Shown: positions 21,337 through 32,477 of the stretch, one piece after another
How positions within the stretch are numbered: position 1 is the first letter of the stretch
Layout of the letters: each line of letters begins with the position of its first letter
Assembly (NCBI GenBank): GCA_025558095.1
Contig: JAIVFI010000004.1
Span: 744,001-808,000, forward strand
Direction: 5' to 3'
From: Hyaloraphidium curvatum SAG 235-1
Taxonomy: Eukaryota; Fungi; Monoblepharomycota
DNA: 64,000 nt
Made by a program: the position numbers and the translations under genes
Notes under the pieces: generated by a model
What the model was told of the DNA's origin: nothing
Databases searched by the model: none
What the model saw: the letters and a program-made list of their open reading frames with translations, nothing else

Positions 21337-22467
21337 TCATGCAGGATTCGGGGAGATCACCGTTTGCGTAGCGGATGCCGGCGGAGGGGCCGGGGCCGGA
21401 GCGGGAAGCGCCTTCGGTAAAGCCTTGGCATCCGGCGCGGTCCCGTTCTTCCCCCTCCCGCAGCAATACCCCCACACCCGCATCGACTTCTGCACCGCAT
21501 CGTGCTCCTTGATCGTCCCGGGGATCCTGGCCGCCGCGGTCGGGTTCTTCCGGATGATGTCGTAGATCCAGGCGCGGTACGGGTAGAGCTCCCGCATCTC
21601 GCCCTTGCTGGCGCCCTCCCCCAGACCCTTATCCTGGGGCTTCGGGTTCCGCGCGGGCATGCTGTCCACCACGAACATCTCGAGCCCCTTGTCCCTGGCG
21701 AGGAACGAGAACCAGACGTCCGCGCCCCACCCGGGCAGCATGGGCGAGTAGCTGTCCATGAAATCCAGGGCGAACTGCGACGTAAAAATCGGCCAGGTCA
21801 TTTCCAGAAAGGGCACCTTGCGGAACTCGGCCGGCAGCCCTTCGCATGAACCCTTGGTTGGCCCACAATGGCACGCGCAGCCCTGCGGGAGCAGTTGCCC
21901 GTAGCTCAATCGTCCCCAAGGGTGGTGGGCGGGCGAATACACCGCCGCGGTCGGGTGCGAGGCGCCGTGGGCGGCGACGTCTGCCAGCAGCTTGGAGACG
22001 TTCCCCGCGGACAGCGGAATGTCGTCGTCGAACGCTGCGAGCCATTTGTACGACGAGATCAGATCCCTCGAGAAGACAGAAAACGCCCAGAGCAGTTGGA
22101 ATTTGGTGCCATGGGCGCGGAAGATAGTCCGCACCCGCCGATCCGCTTTCAGCTGCTGGAACCGTTCCGAGCTGTTGCCGTAGTAGGCAAGTGCGACGTG
22201 GGCCACGGCCGGGTCGACGTCCAGGAACGGCCAATCGCCCGCCAGATCGCCGACGGCCGAGAAGAGCAGCGCCGGTGGCAGAGGGTTTTTCGGGGGTTCG
22301 GGCGTGCTGTCAGACAGGCCGCCCACGGCATTTGCGTCCGACGCCCGCGGCGGCTGCGGCTCCGGCGGGCCGCGGCCGCCGATTGCCGCTATCGACGCAA
22401 GGCCCACGGTGAGGAACAGGCCCAGCCGGAGCAGCTGCGGGGGGACGGCGGGGACCGGAAAGCGCAT
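21337..22467 (-). CDS. Type II membrane DUF707-like putative glycosyltransferase, tandem copy 2; intronless
   Basis: Catalytic region nearly identical to 20015-21076 from PPALLFSAVGDLAG through MRVWGYCCGR; likely ATG at 22467. Confidence 0.7.
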   Translation of the reverse strand: MRFPVPAVPPQLLRLGLFLTVGLASIAAIGGRGPPEPQPPRASDANAVGGLSDSTPEPPKNPLPPALLFSAVGDLAGDWPFLDVDPAVAHVALAYYGNSSERFQQLKADRRVRTIFRAHGTKFQLLWAFSVFSRDLISSYKWLAAFDDDIPLSAGNVSKLLADVAAHGASHPTAAVYSPAHHPWGRLSYGQLLPQGCACHCGPTKGSCEGLPAEFRKVPFLEMTWPIFTSQFALDFMDSYSPMLPGWGADVWFSFLARDKGLEMFVVDSMPARNPKPQDKGLGEGASKGEMRELYPYRAWIYDIIRKNPTAAARIPGTIKEHDAVQKSMRVWGYCCGRGKNGTAPDAKALPKALPAPAPAPPPASATQTVISPNPA

Positions 22468-22915
22468 TGTTTGAGTCGGCACAGCGGGCCGCCGCAACCG
22501 CGGATGTGGCTGGCGCATGACCGTGCGCTCCGCGCGGGATAGCCACACAACGCTGATTCTGCCTTGTACTCACCGGTATGAGACTCTGGCTCAAGCAAAT
22601 TGCTCTGTTTGAGCTTTCCATCTGGATCTGCTGATCTCCCTACTCAGGCCCCTCCGCAACTGACTTTTCTTCTCAGACACTTCACACTTCGCCACACGAA
22701 GCCCCCCCTTTGTTCCCAGCACGCCGCTTTGGTTTCGTCCTTGGGCACAATTCCCGCGATCTAGCGAATCCATACGGACATGATTCCGCACTGTGGCCCA
22801 CTGGGCCGCCGGTGCAACGGGCAGTTGATCTCTGGCTTGGAGACTGGAATACTCGAGCTCAATAACTTTGTCAAGCACAATAGCGCGACTCGGCCTTCAA
22901 TGTTGCCAGGCCCGC

Positions 22916-23832
22916 TCAGGCGACGCGGCAGATGATTTCGCCGCTCGGCACCGAGAACCACGCGTCCTCCTCCTTCCCCCACTCGTGCCACGCCTTCTTC
23001 ATCTCCTCCAGCTGCTCCCTGGTAGCAAATCCCCGCTCCATCGCCGTCTCGGCGAACTTGGACGTCGTGATCCGGTCCGCCCACAGGCCAGACCACCACT
23101 CGACCTCCTCCTTGGTGGCGTAGATCCAGCACGACGCCGTGACGGCGACCTGCGACCGCTCGAAGCCGGCCTGCCGAGCCCACGCGTGCAGCATCCGGCC
23201 GGCGTCGGGCTCGCCGCCGTTGGAGCGGGCGACCCGCTGGTACAGGTCCCCCCACGCGTCCAGAGTCTTGTTGGGGGGGTACCAGGAGAAGCTGGCGTAG
23301 TCTGGGGCGGCGGATCGGTACGGCACACATCAGGAAAGGCAAGGAGTCAAAGCAAGAAGGCAAGGACAATCAGCACGGCTGCCTTCGCGGCCGGGGAACG
23401 AGTCGGCCCACCAGCATCCCTGACCGCGACGATCCCGCCCTTCTTCGTGACCCTCTTCATCTCCTTCAGCGCCGAGACGGGATCCCGCACGTGCTGCAGC
23501 ACCTGATGCGCGTGCACGACGTCGAACGTCCCGTCCTCGAACGGCAGCGCGTGCACGTCGCCGGCCTTGAACTCGACGTTCTTTGCGCCGGCCGCGTCGC
23601 ACGCCTTGGCCGCCTGCGCCAAAATGCCCTCCGCCTCGTCCAGCGCGACGACCTTGCCGTCCTTGACGATCAGAGCCAGGTCCGCGGTGATCGTTCCCGG
23701 GCCGCAGCCGACGTCCAGGACGGAGAAGTGCGGCTTCAGGTGCGGCAGCAGGTACGCGGCGCTGTTGGCCGCGGTGCGCCAGGTGTGCGAGCGCAGCACC
23801 GATTCGTGGTGGCCGTGCGTGTATTGGGCCAT
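22916..23832 (-). CDS. UbiE/COQ5-like class I SAM-dependent methyltransferase; one intron
   Basis: YTHGHHESVLRSHTWRTAANSAAYLLPHL, VLDVGCGPGTITADLA, FDVVHAHQVLQH, GGEPDAGR. Confidence 0.9.
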
Positions 23833-24077
23833 TTCGGGGAGGAGGGAGGGGCGGGGGAGACGCCGTTGGGGGATGGGTTTTCGCGACGCGCTGCCTGGCT
23901 TTTGACTTTGTTCCCCGGCCGCGCCACCGCCCGGCGGAGCAGCACCAAAGGAAGATTCCGCTGCAGGGTGGCGAGGCGCGACACATTCTGTCTACAACGA
24001 GGCTTCGACTGCAAATATGTCTGGCTACGGATGATTCTCGGCTAATGATGCTTCCCCATGCTGCGTTCGCTTCCCAA

Positions 24078-25415
24078 TCACCTGCACGTCCCATCCGCCC
24101 TCGTGGTACCCTGCACCGTCTTGAACCACATCCCGTGCGGCCTCGCGGCCCCCTTGACCATGCTCGCAGGCAGCCTCTTGAAGTCCACCGTCTTCAGATG
24201 CCCCATCCTCGTCCCGTCGGTGTTGAGAGAAAACAGCCTGACCGTCTTGTCCGCCCAGAACCCGTTAGCCTCGGTCACGATCGTCGCCGCGTTCTGGACA
24301 AAGTAGCAGCTGACGGCCAGCACCTGCTCGTCCCGATCCGCGATCACGAAGTGCGGGCCGGGGCCGGCGGTGTAGTTCTTGTCCGCGGGGAGCAGGTCCA
24401 CCTTGAGCGTCTGCAGCAGGCGCGGGTAGTAGGGCCTGGTGGTGTCGACGAGGTAGATGGCGTTGGTCTTGTGGCTGGCGATCACCACGCGCTTGCCTCC
24501 CTTGAGCGGCCAGAAGAGCGAGTGATCGGGGGTGAGAGCGCCCCGGCGCAGCGAAAGAACCGGGGCCGAAACGGAGCCCGTCGCGGCGTTGACGATAAAG
24601 TACTGGCCGTTGCCGTTGCCTGCCCAGAACAGGCCGGGGCGGTGGCCGAGGGCGATCACGTCCATCACACCGTAGGCGGCGTTGGGGAGGGTCACGGTCC
24701 GCTTGAGGGCCATGGTGGCCTGATCGAAGATGCGGAGCGAGTTCCTGAATGCGGGGGGCGGCTGGGTCTGGCCCGCGGGCACGAGCACCAGCGACGCCAG
24801 GGCGACGTAGTCGGCGGACACGACGAAGCCCCCCGAAGCTGCAACGCCGTGCGGGTTGAAGGTCGCGTTGGCGCCGCCCGCGGGCACGGTTTCGCGCGCG
24901 ATGTTGCCGGATGCGTCGATCAGCGCGATGCTGCCCGGCGCGCCGCCCGTGCGGCTGGTCATGAGCGTGAGCAGGAAGCCGCCCGACGGGAGGGGCAGGA
25001 AAGCGTCCGACGCCGCGCCCTTGGCGGCGGTGCGGGCGCCCTTGTAGACCGGCTTCGCGGGGTCGGCGGAGACGTCGAAGAAGAACACGTCGGGCTTGCC
25101 GGAGAGGAAGGAGAGCAGGCCTCCGGCGCCAAGGGTCTTGCCGTCGGCCGAGAGGCCGATATGGTGCGGCTCCGTTCCGCGGAAGGGGGTCTGCACGGTC
25201 GAGAGGAGCTTGCCGAAGCTTGAAGAGTGGGGAACGCTGACGTCGAGCGTGGCCACGAAATCATGCTGCTGCGGGAACCTGGCGAGGTCGTCCGGCCCCG
25301 CCCAGACGTACAGCAGGCGGCGCGTGCAGGCCGCGGATGCCGCGGCCTCGGGGGCGGCGAGGAGCAGCATGCAGGCCGCGAGGGCGGCGAGGAGGCCGGA
25401 GGCGGCGCTCAGCAT
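24078..25415 (-). CDS. Secreted SBP56/methanethiol-oxidase-like beta-propeller protein; intronless
   Basis: Signal peptide; LYVWAG..DFVATLD...SSSFGKLL..V....GTEPHH, plus NPHG, GPHF and RPHG His motifs as in selenium-binding-protein-like propellers. Confidence 0.7.
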   Translation of the reverse strand: MLSAASGLLAALAACMLLLAAPEAAASAACTRRLLYVWAGPDDLARFPQQHDFVATLDVSVPHSSSFGKLLSTVQTPFRGTEPHHIGLSADGKTLGAGGLLSFLSGKPDVFFFDVSADPAKPVYKGARTAAKGAASDAFLPLPSGGFLLTLMTSRTGGAPGSIALIDASGNIARETVPAGGANATFNPHGVAASGGFVVSADYVALASLVLVPAGQTQPPPAFRNSLRIFDQATMALKRTVTLPNAAYGVMDVIALGHRPGLFWAGNGNGQYFIVNAATGSVSAPVLSLRRGALTPDHSLFWPLKGGKRVVIASHKTNAIYLVDTTRPYYPRLLQTLKVDLLPADKNYTAGPGPHFVIADRDEQVLAVSCYFVQNAATIVTEANGFWADKTVRLFSLNTDGTRMGHLKTVDFKRLPASMVKGAARPHGMWFKTVQGTTRADGTCR

Positions 25416-25868
25416 GGTTGAACTAAGGTGCCGCGGAGGGGGTGCGCGCGAAAACGGCCGTAGGCGATGCAGTCCCTCCGCGGTGTGACCGTGTCATCAG
25501 GCAACGCCAAGCAAGGTTGATGCCGGGCAAACGGCACCGCGAATCCACGAAGCTCTTCGCCAAGCTTATTCCGCATCTTTCGTGGGCCTGGCCGCACTGC
25601 ACTTGCATGGTTGCGTCCTTATGGAAGCCACAGACGTCCAACCGCGAGATTCGGTTTTTCCTCCGGCCATGGTGACTGCTGGGTCGAAGTGAGAACAAAA
25701 CAAGCGACGTTAGGCGTCACTCGACACCTCGGCCTGCGCCTCCCTACAAGGCTGGGTTATGAGGATGCTCGGACGGGCGCGCGTTCCGGTATAGCCAGCC
25801 CAAGCTCGGGCGAGATGACATCATCCGGCTGAAGGGGCCGGCGCGAGAATGAATTTGGCGCGCTCGCG

Positions 25869-25887
25869 CCCCCCCCCCCCCCCCCCC
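25869..25887. repeat. C19 homopolymer
   Basis: 19 consecutive C in intergenic DNA. Confidence 0.9.
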
Positions 25888-26144
25888 GGGCGCTGGGCCC
25901 AGCGGGAGATACTTTCGACCGCAGCCGACAGACGCTCGTGGCGTACACGAAGCGAGGATTGCACCGCGAGGTGAATCGCCGGCTGTCTTGATTTTCTCGG
26001 AGGCGAAGAAATCCGAGGGTGCCAGCGTTCCCACACAGCCAATCTGGGAGCTGCGTTTGACCTAGTATATGCCCGCGAAATCGGGCCCAGACTGGAGTGC
26101 AAGTGCAAGACGGAATGTGAAGTTTTTTTTTTGGCAAAGGCGGG

Positions 26145-27104
26145 CTATGTCCCGTACCCCGGCGGCTCCTCCTCCGGCTCTTCCGTGCCTCCCCAGCTCC
26201 CCAGACTTTCCCCGCCGCCGGATCCCGCGTGCTCGTTTGCCCGCTCCCACATGAACGGCAGCTCCCCAAAGTTCACCGCGATCACGGCGGGCCCCTCGGC
26301 GCCTACGGCGGCGTGCAGCTGCTTCCCCAGCACGAACCGCAGCTCGACCGGCAGGTCCACCAGCGCGTCCTCAACGCCCTGCGTCGCGCCGTACCCGGAC
26401 CTGTTGATCAGCCTCCCGTCGCGGGTGAAAAACACTCCCAGCGCCGCGCCGCCCCCTTCGGCGTATAGCACGCCGCAGCCGACCACGGGCCCGTGCTGCG
26501 GCCACGGCGCGCACCACCGCTTCCCGATCTCCGAGCCGAAGTGCAGCCTCCCGTCGTCCGCAAAGGCGACCGAGTTGGCGTGCCACCCCGGCGGGCGAAA
26601 GGGAGGGTAGGGAGGGGCCACCAGGCCGACCGACAGGGCGGTGCCGGGCTTGCACTGCCGCACCGAGGCCTCGAAGTAGCCGATGCGGCGCTCGCCGGGG
26701 AACGGGAAGTACAAGGGGAGGTCGGCGACGGCGGTGCGGAAGAGCAGGGGCGGGGCGACGGTGCGGTCGGGGCCGGGGAAGGCGAGCGCGTGCGCGGGGA
26801 GGTAGCCGTAGGAGAAGGAGGTCGTTGCGACGCCCAGCCGCGGCGGGAACGACCACGGCGCGCCGGGCTGCGCCGCCGAGTCGGCGTCGATCTCCGCGGC
26901 CTCCTCGGCCGCGGGCGGCCACGCGCGGCCGGCCGATGCGCCGTCGCCGATCACGTCGCAGTCGTGGAAAAAGGCGTCGGCGCGCAGCGCCTCGGCCGCG
27001 AGCTCCGCGTCGCTATCGCGGCGGTTGTTCTCGCGGCTGTCGCGCGGCGGCGGGGCGGGCGCGCCGCCCTTTGCCAGAGCGCTTCGGAGGAAACTCAGGG
27101 CCAT
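26145..27104 (-). CDS. SPRY-domain protein (Ssh4/Ear1-like) with terminal PPxY
   Basis: GYFEASV, LSVGLVAPPYPPFRPPGWHANSVAF.DDGR, VVGCG, VFFTRDGR, VNFGELPF; ends EPPGYGT. Confidence 0.8.
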   Translation of the reverse strand: MALSFLRSALAKGGAPAPPPRDSRENNRRDSDAELAAEALRADAFFHDCDVIGDGASAGRAWPPAAEEAAEIDADSAAQPGAPWSFPPRLGVATTSFSYGYLPAHALAFPGPDRTVAPPLLFRTAVADLPLYFPFPGERRIGYFEASVRQCKPGTALSVGLVAPPYPPFRPPGWHANSVAFADDGRLHFGSEIGKRWCAPWPQHGPVVGCGVLYAEGGGAALGVFFTRDGRLINRSGYGATQGVEDALVDLPVELRFVLGKQLHAAVGAEGPAVIAVNFGELPFMWERANEHAGSGGGESLGSWGGTEEPEEEPPGYGT

Positions 27105-27221
27105 CGCTCGCCCGGGCTTCGACGATGCCGCGGTATGGCCTTCCCGGACGTCCGCCTGCGTTGTCCCGCCGATCGGAGAGTTGATCACGCGGCGTAAACA
27201 AACAGATCGGCACTCCCGCAC

Positions 27222-28678
27222 ATGGCCCCCCAGCTCGCCGCCGCCGCCGCTCTGCTCGCGTGTCTTCTCGTGCTTTCCGCCTTCCTGGGCGCGCTGGCGG
27301 AGGATGGCGTGCCGGGGCCGCGAGTGGCACTCGCCGCGGAGCCGCTGGCCGAAGTCCGTTTGGCACGCACTCTGACCGTCGCCTACTCGGCGGCACCGCC
27401 TGCCGAACTATCGGCACGCGGATTGCTGCCGCTGCCGGCCGCGGGCGGGACGGCGGCGTTCACCGCGAGCGATCCGGTGGTGCCGCTGGACGCGCTGCCG
27501 GGATTGGAACGAGTTGGGCGGACGGAGCTCGGGGAACTCGAGGTCGTCGCCGATCCGGACGCGATCGGCGCTCTCCTCGACAACCGGGACGGTGGATTCA
27601 TCGTGATTGCGGACGCCAAGTGGGGTCTGGGCCCTGCTGGACCCGCCGAGGACACAGAATCGGTTGCTGGCAACGCCATCGAGGCACCCTTCTTTGCCCA
27701 AGCGACCGCCGTCTCTTCCCCCGCGGCCGGCACGGCCCTCATCAACGTCGCTCCACTGGCATCCGGCCAATCCGTCGACGTTGCCGTGGAACTCGCCGCC
27801 TCGCCGGGCGCGCCCCGCGCCGCCGGCATCGACCGGGGCCTCTCCCTCGAGCGCCGCTTCGCCCCCTCGGGGCCGCTCAACCTCACCGTCGCGGGCCTGG
27901 AAGCTTCGTGCCGGAGCTGCGAGGCACGCGTGGCCGCCTCGCTGCGGCTCTCGGTCGGCCTGCGCGCCGATGCCCAGGGCGTCGCCGTGGCCTCGGCGTG
28001 CTTGTCGGCCGACTTTTCCGCCTCGGCGCGGGCCAACTTCTCCCTCGCCCTCGACCGGGCAGGTACCTTCAAGGCCGGCCCAGCGCGGCTCGCTGCCTTT
28101 GCGTTCCCCTTGTTCTCGCTGCCGCTCGCGGGCTCGCTCGACGCCGAGGCGTTCCTCGACTGGGAAGGTGGCGGCGAGGCGTCGGCGGCGTCGGAGATGG
28201 CGGCGGGGCTCGATGCGGCGGGCGGCGGGCGCAGAGTGTGGGCGTTTAAGGGGAGCCCCGCGGCGTGCGGGGAGCCGTCGGACAACAGTGGGTGTGCCGG
28301 ACCGCGGGCGTTTCCGTCCGGCCGCCAAAGAGCTTCGCAGACGCCACCTTCACCTTCCTCGCCCCGACCTCGGCCTCCCGCCTCTCCGCCACCCTCCGCA
28401 TCCGCCTCCTCCCCGGCCTCGCCGCCCGCCTGGTGCTCCTCGGCACCACGCACCACGCGGGCGTCCGCCTCGCGCCCGCCCTGGACGCCCGCTTCGGCAC
28501 GCCATCGGGATGCCCGGCGTACGGCCTCTACGCGGGGGTCGACGGCGCGCTGGAGGTGTCCTCGGGGGAAGGGTGGGACGAGGTGCGGCGGTGGAAGGGG
28601 AGGAGCGGGAGGCGGTGCATGGCGAGCAAGGCCAAGGACGGGAGGGCCAAGGGCGACAAGGCCAAGGACGAGCTGTAG
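27222..28678 (+). CDS. Signal-peptide protein of unknown function, predicted to end in KDEL; one intron
   Basis: Hydrophobic leader; beta-rich domain with SCRSC; proposed intron 28288-28340 (gtgggt..cgcag) joins to a frame ending KAKDEL*. Confidence 0.55.
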
Positions 28679-28720
28679 CGGCCGCTTCCGAAGAGAGGGA
28701 CATCTATCGGCCCGTTCCGC

Positions 28721-29980
28721 TCACTGCGCCGCCTTGGCCTCGGCGGCCTTGGTCCGCGCCTCGTCCGCCTTCTCGTACTGCTTGTCCCAGTACTTGCGCG
28801 CGTGCTTCTTGCTGCCCGCTTCCGAGATCCTGGCGAGGTCCGCGGCGTCGAGCTTCCACGAGTCGTCGACGCCGGCGAGGAAGAGGGACAGCCGCTCGGG
28901 CTTGGAGGAGGTGGTGACGGCCAGCACGCCCTGCCTGATCGCGCGCGGCGCGTCAACCGAGCCCACGTTCCGGCCGACGCACGCGGAACCTACTGCACGG
29001 TCCATTTGAGCAGGAGCTGTTCCGCCGTCTTGCCGTACTTCTTCTCCAGCTCCTTGAGCACGCCGTCCAAGGGTCCGCCGGTGAAGTGGGTGAGCGGCCC
29101 GAGCGGGGTGTAGGCCGCGAGCACGATGCCGTTCTTTTCGCAGAAGGCGCGGAGCTCGGGCTGCTGCAGGTACGGGTTGAACTCGACCTGGTTGACCGCG
29201 GGCTTGATCTTGGCGTCCTGGAAGGTGCGACGCGGGAATGAGACCCCCGGCCCCGTCGGTGCGGAGCTCGGCATCCCACCATGAGCAGCTCCTCCAGCTG
29301 CGGCACGTCAAAGTTGGACACCCCGATCGATTTGGTCACCCCGCCCTTCTCCACCAGCCCCTCCATCGCCTTCCACGCGTCCTTGATAGTCAGGTCCTTC
29401 TGCCCCACGGCGTCGAAGAAGGGCGCGTGGATCAGGTACAGGTCCACCGGCCCGCCGAGCCGCTCGACCATCTTGGCCGCCGAGCCGGGGATGTCCCCCA
29501 GACCGGGGAAGATCTGCGTGCCGGACGGCGGTGTCACTCTTCGGCCCCCCCGAAACCTTCCAGCGCCGGCGTGCCTTGTTGGTCACGTAGAGCTTGGACC
29601 TGTCCGCGCCCTTGAGCACCGCGCCGATCTCGGGGTCCGTGCCGTAGACCTCGGCAGCGTCGATGTGGGTGAAGCCGGCGGCGAGGGCGGCCTTGAGCGC
29701 GTCGATCAGGGGCTCCGAGAGCTCAGACCCGTCGTTCTGTGGGCGCGGCGATCAGCGACCGTTTCGGCGTTCCCGGAACATCGGAAGCACCTTGGCGGGG
29801 CCCTTGAACCATCTTCGGAACGAAAACAGAGCGGAAACGGCGCGGAATGCCGCGGCAGGGCCGGGAACGCGTCAGCCGACGCGTCGCCACCGGCGCGATC
29901 CGGGCCCACTTGGTGCCGGTGCCGTAGGCCACGCCGGGCACCTTGGTGCCGTCGTTCAAGGTGAGCGTCGGGATGCCCAT
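28721..29980 (-). CDS. Aldo/keto reductase; multi-intron
   Basis: LNDGTKVPGVAYGTGT, GFTHIDAAEVYG, LYVTNK, VDLYLIHAPF, KSIGVSNF, PAVNQVEFNPY, TTSSKPER. Confidence 0.93.
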
Positions 29981-30280
29981 TTCGGCCGTTTGGAGGTGGG
30001 ATTGAGGGGACGGAGTGGAGGGCGGGTGGTGGGAGGCAGTTTTGGCGATTTTGGCGTTGAGGCAAAGAGCGGAAAACCGCCACGCCGATCGCGACATTGC
30101 TCCGTTTACGAAACGGATGGGGGCGTTCAAAGGGCAACCCTAATAACCTTCACGAGTTCTCCGAGCCACTTTAGTTATTCGGGGCTATGGATCTGCAAAA
30201 CGGCGCTACGATGGAGCTTCGGCCGGCATACAACTAAGTTAACGATCTCAAACAACACTCGGCACCGCAGAGCCATCCGA

Positions 30281-32311
30281 TCAGCCCATGTCCCACCCGA
30301 TCTCGGTCAGCAGGCCCCCGGTCCCGCCGTCCCTCCTGCCCATGCGCGTCGCGTTGAACGCCACGACCCGGACCGCCTCGGTCAGGTTCCACACCCCGTC
30401 CGCCCCCGTCACGTTGGCCCCCTTGCGCCACTCCTCCACCTCCCACGCGTAGTGCGTAAAGTGCCTCCCGCACGGCGGCGCGCCCCACAGAAACGCCGCC
30501 GCACCGCGCAACACGAGCTTGTCGAAGATGCCCAGCAGGCCCGGGTCGCGCGCCATGCCCCCCTGCCCCTCGGGAGGGTCGGGCGGCGGCGCAAGGTGGA
30601 ACGACGCGTTGTAGCTCGCCAGCAGCGACGCGGGCACCGGCCCCGTCACCGCGCTGGCAGGCAGCACGTCGGCAAACGTCCGCATCCGGTCCCCCAGCGA
30701 GGCCCGCAGCGCCGCATACGCCCGGTCCCTCCTCTGCGCCTCGGTGCGCGCGTGCTCCAGGCGCTGACGGTCGTACTGCGGCAGGCTCTCCGGGGGCGGC
30801 TGGCTGCTGCTCTTTGCCAGCCCCAGCATGTCCAGCGTGGCGGGATCCGTGTGGTCCGTGCTAACGTAGGCCTTCCACCCTCCGGTCACGTTCGCCTCCG
30901 CCGCGGTGCGGTTCAGGAACCATGCCAGGGAAGCCCCGCACGCTTCCGGCTCGTCCTCCTTCCCGCCCCTGCCCTCCCAATCGAACCTCTGCATCCTCGC
31001 CTCCTCCATCCTCCAGTGCGCCGCCAGGTACCGCGCCCCCAGCGCGCCCTTCGCCCTCGCCGCGAGCTCCTCCAGGTGACGCGGGTACCGCAGCGCGTCC
31101 TCGGCCTCGGCCATGCGGTCCCACGACGGGATCTGCCAGTCCCCCGCCGCGTGGGTCTTTGTCGCCAGCCAGACGTCCGCGTCCATGTCGGTGGGCGAGA
31201 TCTGGCGGAGGATGGCGAGCGGAGAGCCGTCCTGCGGCGCGCCGGGGCCGAGGACGTTGTCCCGCGCGACGATGCAGCGCACCCGCGGGGCGGCGTCCGA
31301 GGGCGAGGTGTCGAGGAGGTAGTGCGCCGCGAGGGGGTGCTCTTTGAGGAGGCGGACCGTGCGGCGGGGGGCGTTTTCGCCCTCGAAATCAAGGGCCGAG
31401 CGGCCCTTGGGGATCGTGCCGTTGTGGTAGCGGAGGTACATGGTCCCCTGGTGCAGCGGGTGCGGGGGGCCGCCGGCGTCGGGGTCGGGGGGGCACAACC
31501 TCGCGTGCTCCTCGAGCATGGCGGTGACGGTGTAGGGCGTCGGGAGGCGGTGCGGGGGCGCCCCAGCCCCGGTCGAGTTTGACGTCCCGTTCATGGAGGA
31601 AGCCGGCTCGCTGGCGTTGCCGTCCGCCCTCCCCAGCAGGGACGTGCCATTCAGTGGCAGCGACGCCCCGGTGTCCGGCGCGCAGTTTGCCTCCCAGAAC
31701 GACCGCTCGGCCAGCTCTGCGACCCAGTCGTCGAGGTCCACCACGCCGCCCGGTAGATACTCGGCGAGCGCCGCCGGGTCAAAGTAGGCGCCGAAGCGGA
31801 ACTGCCCCTCCAGCATGATGCGCGACACGCCCACGCGCGGGAGCACCAGCGTCCGGTTTGTGATCTTTGCGGCGTACACCCACTCGGCGAAGTGCAGCCG
31901 CGAGTTGGAGAGCTGCTCCTCGTGCGAGGCAAACAGCACGTACTTCCGGCGGGGCGGCACGGTAGATGTGCACTTAAAGTCGGGAATAATCGGATATTGG
32001 GTCGGCGGCGGGAGGCGCGAAATGCGGACGGCGACGAGCGCGGCGGCGGCGGCGGCCAGCGCGGCCAGCAGCGCGGCGGGCAGCGCCACCGTCCAGCGCG
32101 GGCAGCCGTCGGCCGGCAGATACTCGGGGTCCGCCTCCCGCTCGCCCCGCGGCAGCAGCTCGACCTCGTCGCCGTCGGCCGCCTCGTCGTCGAGGTCAAA
32201 CAGCGTCTCGCCCGAGCCGCCGTCCGAGTCGCCGTCGAACGCCGCATCGACCTCGGACGCTGCGCCCGAGCGGCTGCGCTTCGCCCACGGCCGAGAGGAC
32301 GCCGCGCCCAT
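30281..32311 (-). CDS. Type II membrane O-fucosyltransferase-family (O-FucT, GT65/68-like) protein; intronless
   Basis: TM segment; EQLSNSRLHF, NRTLVLPRV, YLAAHWRME, YVSTD, GLLGIFDKLV...A..FL.G. Confidence 0.8.
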   Translation of the reverse strand: MGAASSRPWAKRSRSGAASEVDAAFDGDSDGGSGETLFDLDDEAADGDEVELLPRGEREADPEYLPADGCPRWTVALPAALLAALAAAAAALVAVRISRLPPPTQYPIIPDFKCTSTVPPRRKYVLFASHEEQLSNSRLHFAEWVYAAKITNRTLVLPRVGVSRIMLEGQFRFGAYFDPAALAEYLPGGVVDLDDWVAELAERSFWEANCAPDTGASLPLNGTSLLGRADGNASEPASSMNGTSNSTGAGAPPHRLPTPYTVTAMLEEHARLCPPDPDAGGPPHPLHQGTMYLRYHNGTIPKGRSALDFEGENAPRRTVRLLKEHPLAAHYLLDTSPSDAAPRVRCIVARDNVLGPGAPQDGSPLAILRQISPTDMDADVWLATKTHAAGDWQIPSWDRMAEAEDALRYPRHLEELAARAKGALGARYLAAHWRMEEARMQRFDWEGRGGKEDEPEACGASLAWFLNRTAAEANVTGGWKAYVSTDHTDPATLDMLGLAKSSSQPPPESLPQYDRQRLEHARTEAQRRDRAYAALRASLGDRMRTFADVLPASAVTGPVPASLLASYNASFHLAPPPDPPEGQGGMARDPGLLGIFDKLVLRGAAAFLWGAPPCGRHFTHYAWEVEEWRKGANVTGADGVWNLTEAVRVVAFNATRMGRRDGGTGGLLTEIGWDMG

Positions 32312-32477
32312 CGCTGGGAACGGCGGGAAAGGTGTGGACGGTTTGAATTCGATTAGCTGGAGTTAATCAGTACCACACAGAACGCCAGCAGTCCCCGAGA
32401 ATAAACGCCAGGTTGAGTCCCTGGCTTAAACTTCCAACAAAATGGCCTCACACGAGCGATAGCTCGCCGGAATCACC

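Noticed and set aside
25869-25887. C19 run as a functional G-quadruplex element
   Set aside because: It is an isolated homopolymer of unreliable length with no supporting context.
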